From the NCBI RefSeq assembly GCF_041146345.1, contig NW_027191404.1, positions 1 to 64,000 of the forward strand: a DNA stretch of 64,000 bases. Reading direction: 5' to 3'. Shown here piece after piece: positions 1-8,499 of this stretch; positions within the stretch are counted from its first letter, which is position 1; the number at the start of each line of letters is the position of its first letter. Source of the DNA: Neodothiora populina (taxonomy: Eukaryota). A program made the position numbers and the translations under genes. Below the pieces are notes generated by a model that was not told the origin of the DNA, did not search any database, and was given only the letters and a program-made list of their open reading frames with translations.

Positions 1-73
1 ACCCTAACCCTAACCCTAACCCTAACCCTAACCCTAACCCTAACCCTAACCCTAACCCTAACCCTAACCCTAA
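1..73. repeat. Telomeric repeat (CCCTAA)n / (TTAGGG)n, chromosome end
   Basis: Perfect CCCTAA tandem array from base 1 to 73 at the start of the window. Confidence 0.99.
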
Positions 74-938
74 TACCCTCTGCGCCCTCCACACCCTCTT
101 CCTCCTCACCATCATCACCACCCCTGTCACGATAGGCCGGCTCGGCAAGCGCGCTAGCGGCTAGATTAGCCAGGAAAGGGAAACGAGCCGGATCGACCGC
201 CAGAGCGGCGGCGGCAGCAGCAAAGGCCGCAGGAGAAGCGACGGCGGCGTTGTTAGTCGCGTCGGCGGCCAGAGCGGCCATGAACAGGACATACTGCAGC
301 AAGTCAGCAAGGTGCTGCGCAGGGAGAGCGCATGGGTTACTTACATAGTACGCCAGGTCGTAAAGACCTTCCAACGCCACACGAATGCCGCGGGCCTCGC
401 AAAGCAAGGCGTCATTAACGCTAAAGTCGCCACCTAGGAGCACCGCATTAGCAGCGCCGGCGGGAGTCTTAATGCGCGACGGGGTGGGGATGTCATCCAC
501 CGCCGCCGTGCGCTAACGCGCGCCCGCGTGCATGCGAGACTCGAACTCGCGATATAAGTTGTTAACGTGCGCCGCGTTAGCGTTAATCTCCGCCTAGGTA
601 ACGCTAGGGTCCCCTATGCGCGCCTTATGCTCGATGCGAGCCTCGATCACCCTATTCATATAGGGGATAAAGCGCTGCTCCACCGCAGCGCAGGCGCCCT
701 TCTTAGCCTTGTAGCAGCGCCAGCAACGCTAAGTCATGCCCAGCTCAAAACGCGCATCGCAGTCGGCTAGAATTGTCGTTAGCGCACGTGGACCGCAGGG
801 TCTGCGAAAGAGTAACTTACGTTCGCCGATGCGGTAAACATGATGGGCACAACGGCCGCACATGTGTTCAAGTGGCTCCTCGTAAGAGCGAGTCTATCGC
901 CGCACAGGCGGCGCGGGTACGATAAACTTTAGCGGCAT
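74..938 (-). pseudogene. RIP-mutated 3-exon gene for a Zn(II)2Cys6-like protein, 3' end fused to the telomere
   Basis: ATG at 938; exons 938-821, 766-345, 293-74; introns 820-767 (GTAAGT..GCTAAC..TAG) and 344-294 (GTAAGT..GCTGAC..CAG) keep one frame. Translation includes CGRCAHHVYRIGEPDCDARFELGMT*RCWRCYKAKKGAC. Four in-frame stops (896-894, 731-729, 596-594, 515-513) are all TAG, compatible with CAG>TAG. No stop before the telomere. Confidence 0.75.
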
Positions 939-1271
939 TGCTGCAGCGCGGGAGCAGCGATGATGTTTAATAGATAAGCAGGCGCAGCGCAGGCGCCGCG
1001 AGTGAGTTATCTGTGAGGTAGACTAACGAAACGCAGGAGCAAAGCAGTTAGATCATAAGATCCAAAAAGAACAAAGTGAAATGTGATTAAAGAAAGAAGG
1101 AAATCAAAACAACACCTACCAGTTGATATAACCTACTATAGGGGCTACGCACCGCACGCGTGGCTAGGGGGGTTGACCTTTGTTTACATTCTTATTGCTA
1201 TCCTATAGAATGGATGGTATTGTTGCTATTAAGATGAGGACATCTCTATAGAGAGAGAAGGTAGTTGTAAT

Positions 1272-1315
1272 AGCATAGGTGACCTGTGCTTTACAGCATA
1301 GGTGACCCGTGCTTT
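1272..1315. repeat. Tandem duplication, 23-nt period
   Basis: agcataggtgacctgtgcttt followed by agcataggtgacccgtgcttt. Confidence 0.9.
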
Positions 1316-1523
1316 GGGTCGCTAAGTAGGGGTCTAGATGCCTTAGGCGTCGACCCTTTTGTCCGAACCCCGCTTACAGTACCGCATGCTTGTAGCATGC
1401 GGGCCGCATGCGCGGTATTCACTATATGAGAGGGGTGTCCCCTCATTGCCTATTGAAGGCAACGATTAGTCTTGATCTTATAGGACATCTATTCCTATAG
1501 GAGGACCATACGTTGCTACACTT

Positions 1524-1553
1524 AGTTATTCCGTTACAGTTATTCCGTTACAG
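1524..1553. repeat. Tandem duplication, 14-nt period
   Basis: agttattccgttac twice, followed by ag. Confidence 0.9.
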
Positions 1554-1594
1554 ACAGCTCATATAGGCATAAGCCTACAAATAGCTTATAGATT

Positions 1595-1614
1595 AAATCA
1601 AATCAAATCAAATC
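1595..1614. repeat. (AAATC)4 microsatellite
   Basis: Four exact copies. Confidence 0.9.
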
Positions 1615-1776
1615 TTTAACGGATCTACTCTTAGCCTTATCTAATAAAATTTTCTGAATCCAACGTACCCTAAATCTAGTGTACCTGGCTCTGGCCCCCG
1701 TAAAACCTTATTTGTATGGGCTTCTAAATCCAGTCTACCATCGCTGGATTTGACACTTTTGGTTCGACAATTACGT

Positions 1777-2342
1777 AGCCTCACAACTAATCCTTAACAG
1801 ATACCACCAATGTCGTTTATCTGCGTGACGGTCGCTACTGATATATAAGGTGGTATTCCTTCCTAAGAGGCAAAAAAAGCAAAGTCTTCCGCGAGCTGGC
1901 GTTCCATGCCAGCCTTAAGGACAGTAGTGCTTACAGCCTGGAGCACAGGAATCGGCTGCGACAGCTTCGGTGGTAAAGTTATGAGTCGATGATTCTAAGG
2001 CGAAGTCTTCTTATGAAGCGCTGCTACATCATTCTCGAAAGTGTCACGATATGTGAAATCCTAAATCGACATCTAGCTCGGAGGCTTAAATGGTTAGAAT
2101 GATTTCAAGCTGGCGAGCTCACCTGAATTTGTCTACAGATCTGTCGACGTCGATAGCTGCTGGCCCCGCAATGCTTCTCGCTGATAATCTATGTCTGTTA
2201 TGCAAAGCTGCGTGGAGCAGCGTACCTCTATATATTATCGGTGCTGTTAGAGCACGGTTGAGTTAGATAAGAGCTTGTCCAGCATAGCGTCAATCTGACT
2301 GACGTCGTGCATGTTGATGTCGCTTTAAGATGCATATGTCAT
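1777..2342 (-). pseudogene. RIP-decayed ORF, possibly the N-terminal part of a fungal OTT_1508-like deaminase-domain protein
   Basis: One frame from ATG 2342 with scattered TAA/TAG stops; contains ERQLAEDFAFFAS*EGIPPYISVATVTQ..GLVVRL, resembling the E-x2-LA-x2-(F/L)AF..V-x-A..L-x2-R-L segment I recall from fungal OTT_1508-like proteins. Family call is from memory only. Confidence 0.4.
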
Positions 2343-2359
2343 ACATATGAAACTATGCA

Positions 2360-3441
2360 GATGCAAGAGGCGGCATAGCAATATCTAACCCTACTGTTCA
2401 CGTACGTACAAGCTCTTACAGCAGTTTCACTACCGGTAGATATAGGGACTAGCTGCTGTATTGTACTTTCTGTTTCTCTTCGCACCAAATTTTGTAACCT
2501 TATCCGCAAATGTCAATTTCATGCACACTTTGTAGTTGTCGAGCTACTTACTTGGGCTGGTGGGGTAGCGTTGGCTCATGGATGATCTAAACGTTTCGCA
2601 TAGTAGGGAGATTTGCGCACTGGTCAGATTCTCCCAGTCTATTTGCAGGTACAGTACTCCGTAGCTACCATGGCGCTCCAGAAGGTCTTTGCTTAGTCTC
2701 AAGGGATAGGAGAAAAGGTTGGCCGGAGTCAAGAGGTCCTACGAGCGCATTCTAAGCTGAAGTCTTCGAATCAGCGGTGAACAATCCATCGATCATTTCT
2801 TCACGTGTTCCGCGGACTGCTTCTCTTTCTCTAGTCGATGTCGGCGACTTCAGATACTATTATCAGGTGGTAAAGTACGAAGGGCTGCGTTAATGATTAC
2901 AGAGACAATTTCCAGGTTTAGAAAAGCATTTGTGCTTTTAACGATCTTCTCTACGGTTGGGTTAGAGAATCGCTATCTTCAAGCGGCTTTGTAGACAGGC
3001 GTAATCATGCTCTTACAAAAGCCATTGTAGCTAAAGTCCTTTCGTACACTGTTAGAATAATTCGACCTTAGATCCTTACTGCATATTGATACAATTTTGT
3101 TAGACAGCCTAGCTAGAATTCGATCGTCCCGTAGTGTTTTCAAGGATAACATTTAGTCTACCAATCTGTGTCCTAAATTGTCCTGCGCTTGTAGCTGAGC
3201 ACTACTATCGCCTTTAGCAGATTAACGAGAGGTTCTAACTGCAGCTCTATGAGAAGAGACTCCAGCTGGACCCCATTTAAAACAGCCGGCAGATATAGTC
3301 ATGATCGGGTCTATAGATTTCGAGGGCACTGTCATCTCGCATCTCGAAAGCCAGGACAAGATGTATTCGATGAGACTGGACCTGAGGCCTTGTATATTCT
3401 TGCTGATAATCGCGGTGGACAGGAGTGCATTGGGAAGGCGA
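2360..3441 (-). pseudogene. Decayed (RIP-like) coding fragment of unknown family
   Basis: The frame of track ORF 3222..3710 continues with protein-like sequence (ALLSTAIISKNIQGLRSSLIEYILSWL..LARLSNKIVSICSKDLR..FCKSMITPVYKAA) broken by isolated stops; TpA-rich. Confidence 0.35.
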
Positions 3442-4675
3442 CACGGGTGCGTCAGCTCTCGATGGGTAATAGAAAGCGAGATCCCGGATTTCGATCTCGC
3501 CATTGCATTGCAATGGTACTTGACCGATTGCGGACATTGAATCGACTTCAGAGGGCCTGTCAATAATCTTGAATAAATCATGCGCAGCTGAAGCGGCTTT
3601 TGCGATCGCAATGATCTGTGGAGCGGCTTGCGTAAGAGCTGTCGCGGCCACAATGACGGCGAAAACAACTGTAACGACAGAGCCCGACGCTTTGATCTCG
3701 CCATTGGCATACATATGAGTGCCTCGCCAGAAGGTCAAGCCGATGCCCGCGATGATACAGAAGAACTCGGTGGAAGACATTACCCCGTATACAGGTCTCT
3801 TCCTTCGCCCTTCGCGTTTAGCTTTGAGGAGCAGAGCATCATATCTGTCAGCTAAGCGAGGACGAGCCCAGAGGGCATGTACATTTCGCATGCTAGAGAA
3901 AACATCTTCAGCAAGAGCACCCGCTATACTATAGATATCCAACATCTTTGCTTCGATCTTCATATCAATACCAACACAGATAGCAACGACAATCATAATC
4001 GTTGGCACAATGCTGGATGTGATCAATGTCAACTTCCACTGAACGGCGAACGCCTAGTGGCGGTTAGTCGATTTGACGCGGGAGACTGATTTTGCCATTA
4101 TATTGTACCACTGCGAAAGCAGCAACAAAGGTTGCCAATCCTTGAATAGTAAGTCCGAATTTTTTCGCAATAGCGACGTTCACCAAGCTTGCGTGGGTGG
4201 TTATTTGTACGGTGATTGCACCATTGCTTGACTGATCGAAGAAGGCGATGTCTTGCCGTAGGGCTTGTCGCAAGAAGTCAATCCGCAAGCTTTTAGTAGT
4301 ATGCAAAGCGGATATATTGAGCGCCAATGTCCAGATATATGTCAAGCAGAATCTTGCGATGAACAGGTAGATGAACCACAGCGTCCAGGGTACAGACTTC
4401 GCGCGGAACTCCCCCGGTGATATCCTATCAGTACCAAAGTCGGTAAATGTGGTCACTGTCTTACCAAAAACAAGATCCATCAACGGGAGAAGCGCTCCTG
4501 AGATTATGGCTGCGACTAACGCGACCGAGTTCAGGATCCATCCAGTCGTGTCATTGTATGTGAACATCCGCCAGTAGCTTGAGAAGCCGGCATTGTCTTT
4601 GTCTTCGTCACCATCCTTAGTGCTCTTATTCGTGATATTGACTGGGAGGTCTGTTTTGTCTGAAGGTTCCTTCAT
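3277..4675 (-). pseudogene. Truncated ABCB/MDR-type ABC transporter (first transmembrane domain only)
   Basis: ATG 4675; intron 4108-4054 (GTACAA..ACTAAC..TAG) joins ..FVAAFAV|AFAVQWKLTLIT..; typical TMD1 motifs (LRQDIAFFD, GEIEIRDLAFYYPSR). ABC-like sequence ends at YYPSRADAPV (~3442), before Walker A; an unrelated tail runs to a stop at 3277. Confidence 0.85.
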
Positions 4676-5423
4676 GATTTTCAAATCGATCCTCACACCC
4701 GATGGTCAATGACCTTCTATGATTGCTAGTGGGATAGCCCATATTGAATATCAGGCAAGACTACTTAAGGTATACATACAAGAATACCTCATCAGTAACA
4801 TTAGACTAGGCAGCCAGGATAGACATACTGCTCGAGAATAAATTTACAGGACCTAGAACCGATGACGAGATTAATGCTGAGTGATTGGTCCTTGTAGCGT
4901 GGAGATGCTTGGCGGGCGATGGTCGGAGTAGCTTGGCCGGATAGCGAACGTGTAATTGGCTATAACAACGCCCGAATCGTCACCACTTCTTTCTTTCGGG
5001 ACCGGACACGGGCTGAGAAGAAACTTGCGTAGTCCGGGTACGATTGTACAATTGCAAAATGTGTGGAGGTGTAAAATCCACCTTGTATCCGGTAGGTATA
5101 GCAAATTTGATGTCAGGGTCGAGTACAGATCTTAATCTCGCAGCTGAAGAAATGTATGTGTCATCGCTGATGCAGCAGAGCAAAGCCTACTTCTGCATAG
5201 GACACTACGAGCCATAGGATCTTCTGCACTGCGGCTGACCAGTCACGACCACACACCTCGTGCCTGACGTGAGGTAGTTTCGTATCCACATGGTGTAGAA
5301 CACCGTATATGCAGATCGGGGTCCATGACCGAAGTTCGTGTGTTAGTGTATGGGGACCAAGATTATCAATCTTGCTGGCCTATTTGTCGAGCCATTTCTG
5401 CAATGGTGCCATACAAACGCCCA

Positions 5424-6673
5424 TTACTTTTTGGTATAGGGCGGTACTGTGTAATATAACAAACCGTGCGCAGAAGAGGCACAGAATGCAGATAACCAAT
5501 GTATCCAGTGGGCATGCATGTCCAGATTTGCAGCCATTAAGCCAAAGCATCTTGCAGGATTGAGTGCTGTGGTCAGGAGAGGAAGTAATTAGCCGCTGTA
5601 GTTCAAACGACGACCAAAGATGTGAGGCATGCATTGGGGCCGCAAATGTAAAGCCCATACTATGACATCGAGGGGAACGCGAAGGTACATATGACTCACA
5701 GGCTCCAGCCCATCCGTTATTTGTAAACGCTGAAGCAAAGCTGACTAGACCGACCGACAGACCAACCAACACAGGACCGTATGCAGGACCGAACACTTGG
5801 CTTTGTCGCGGGTCTAGACCAACGCCAAAAGCTATGAATAGCAAAGTAAGGGCGGACATAAATTCGAGCACGAAAGCTTGTCCATTACTGATCATACTCG
5901 TATCGATAGAGCAGCCAGCAACTGTTCCCTAAAGAATTGTAAGCACGATAGGCCATCAAGCAAGAGACCACGATGTCCAGGGTAGTAGCTCTAATAAGAT
6001 GCGGAGAAGGAAGGAGAAGGACTGCATAGGGTGGGAAAACGCACTCCAGGGTAATAAAGATCACCTCCTAGGCCGAGTTTCAACATAAAAGCTCCGCATA
6101 AAGAGCCAATGCTCTGGACGAGGACATAAATGACTGAACGAGGAAATGTCGATAGCCCACCAGCGAAGGTGCCCATGGTAATGAGTGGATTCAAATGGCC
6201 ACCACTGACTGGACCACACGCATAAACCAGAAGTGTCACCGCGATCCAAGTAGTCAGACCAGCCACTAATTGGACTTGCAGCGATGTAGAAGCCACGTAA
6301 GGTCCGCTGGACGTTGCGATCATGCCCACAATGAAGACTAACATTCCAGTGCCTGAAATGGAAAAGTAAGTACACCACCGTCATGTCTCTTGCATGCATA
6401 GAAGCTACCTAGGAACTCAATGACGGCTGCCCTCCATATTATAGGGTTGAAGAAGCCACTCAGATCGAAGACATCCTTTAGATGACTTAGTGGAGCAGCG
6501 TCTCGTGTTTCTTCGATAAGGTGTTCTTCTGTAGAATCCGATGAAGCAACAAATGCCTGGTTGCCACCAATTCGACCAGCAAACAATGGCTGGTCAACTT
6601 TCTTGTTGGAAAATGCCTGGTTACCACCAACTCGACCAGCAAAAAAAGGCTGATCAACTTTCCTTTGCGACAT
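5424..6673 (-). CDS. Aquaporin, X-intrinsic protein (XIP) subfamily
   Basis: Exons 6673-6409, 6352-6045, 5928-5700, 5566-5424. Motifs SGGHLNPLIT (variant first NPA), GLDPRQ and SLNPARCFG (NPARC, the XIP signature). Confidence 0.9.
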
Positions 6674-8499
6674 TATAGATGCGTGATCTTCTACTACTTT
6701 AGTACAGTATGAGACAGTCTCCGCGCCTAGGATTGTGCCGATATACACGAGGAAACAAAATATAAGAATTCGATTCTTTCTACCGTGTTCATACTTACGT
6801 GTCAATTGTGCGTCTTAGTAAGGTCAGAGACCGTAGAGGAGCGATGGTGTCAGACCCTCTTGTAATTATCCAGTACCTTAGTCTGAGGCGACCGCTAAGA
6901 CCGTTGGTGTTGGATGCTTACTACAGTAGTACCTTAGGTACACAACGAAAGGGTCTATCTTGCCAAGTGTGGCTTCACTGCTTTTGAACGGGTTTTCGAA
7001 CGAGCTTAATTACCCTAATTAGCTGACTTTTGCAATTCACTGATAAACTGTGTTACTCGGCATACAAGTATGCCAGATGCGGTTGACACAGACTCCTGGC
7101 AGGTTACCAGTCTGGACATCTGTAGAAGGAATGCCACTCGAGAACGCAGAATCTTAATGATGTTTAACAATATGCCTACGAGAAAGTTTTCGCTAGAGGA
7201 CCTGCCTGAGGGTCCGCTTCATCGGCTTACAGCAGTCGAGAGGTCACTGAATTGACGGCAAGGCAGGAACAGACAATCCAGTCAAGTATAACGATGTACC
7301 CAGAACATTGACGAAGGCTGCGTAGATTAAGCATGCGTACCTTGCTACGGTCTACATTTAGCAGCAGTGATGGTTTCGGCTTCGGAAGCCAAGCTACAAG
7401 TCAGCCGTGGCTGTTGAAGCCCACCTAGGTAAGGTACCTAATCACCTTAGTCAACAGAGCCTTCCGAGCGTTTCGTCCGATATGCAAAGAGGGGTCATCG
7501 ATCAAATATGATCGTCTTGCCGCCTAGTGACCAAGACTGAGCCATAACCCTCATCAATTGATTCGATCCCCTTCATTGTAATTTTGGTGGCTAAGCCAAG
7601 GTACAGTAAGAAGGGTAAGCACCTCAAGACAAGATATGCGAGGGACTTGGCGGACCCGGAGTTTATCTAGATGATCACGTGATCTGAATCTTCCATGCGC
7701 ACCACCGCCTCATTGTTTATTGTCATCATCATCTCCCGACAACGTGCACTTCTTATTGCATCCTGACATCTTACTCAACTACGTGCAGTGGCATTCAATA
7801 TCAACTATAGGGCTTTTTCCGACGATACGACAACACAGAATCCAACCTTGCAAGGAAGCTCTCACCACACGACTGACGCGTTCCTGTGCGAGTGTCTCAC
7901 AGCTGCTTCACGTCGCCGCAATTCTCTCTACAAAGGAAGTTTCGCTCGGTCGTGTCAGCCACTGTCCATCCTATCACCGCGAAAGTCTCCGAATCGCTCG
8001 ACCGCGTCCTGTATTCGTTGACCCTATCGCTGTATTGTGTGACTCTCCATAGGACTTGCTCGATCTCGTTTGTGGTCGACTGTTTGGACCGCCGCATGCT
8101 TCCTGCAAGAGTGTGCTCGGTACTCACTGACTCCTGAACATACAGTAGCATCGTCCTTCTGGAGGGTCATTCTCTGCCCGAATTGTGTCAGCGAGTCGGG
8201 TTGCTTCGTCGCGATTGCTGCTATAGACTCGCCTGGTAGTGTCAGTAGCCTCGCATCCAGGACGTTGATGCGCATACAGAGCAAATTTCCACGTGCATTC
8301 AATTGGAATAAGGTCAAGGCTGCCTGTACTCCACCAATTTCCGCAAAAGCCTGGGTGGGTGGGTTCGCACGAAGCTATTTGTGCGGGACATGAGTATATC
8401 TCTGCTCAGTGAAGGTACAGTATACGTTGCGACGTATAGGCAGCTAATGGTCCTCACTACAGCTCGGTCCTTCCTCCAACCCAGATATTAAAACAAGCC

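Noticed and set aside
567..770. Plus-strand 67-aa ORF near the telomere
   Set aside because: Antisense shadow of the minus-strand relic gene, which has the splice signals and Cys motif.
74..3441. Telomere-linked RecQ helicase or telomere-targeted retrotransposon
   Set aside because: No helicase (DEAH, Walker A) or reverse transcriptase motifs seen in the frames I could read.
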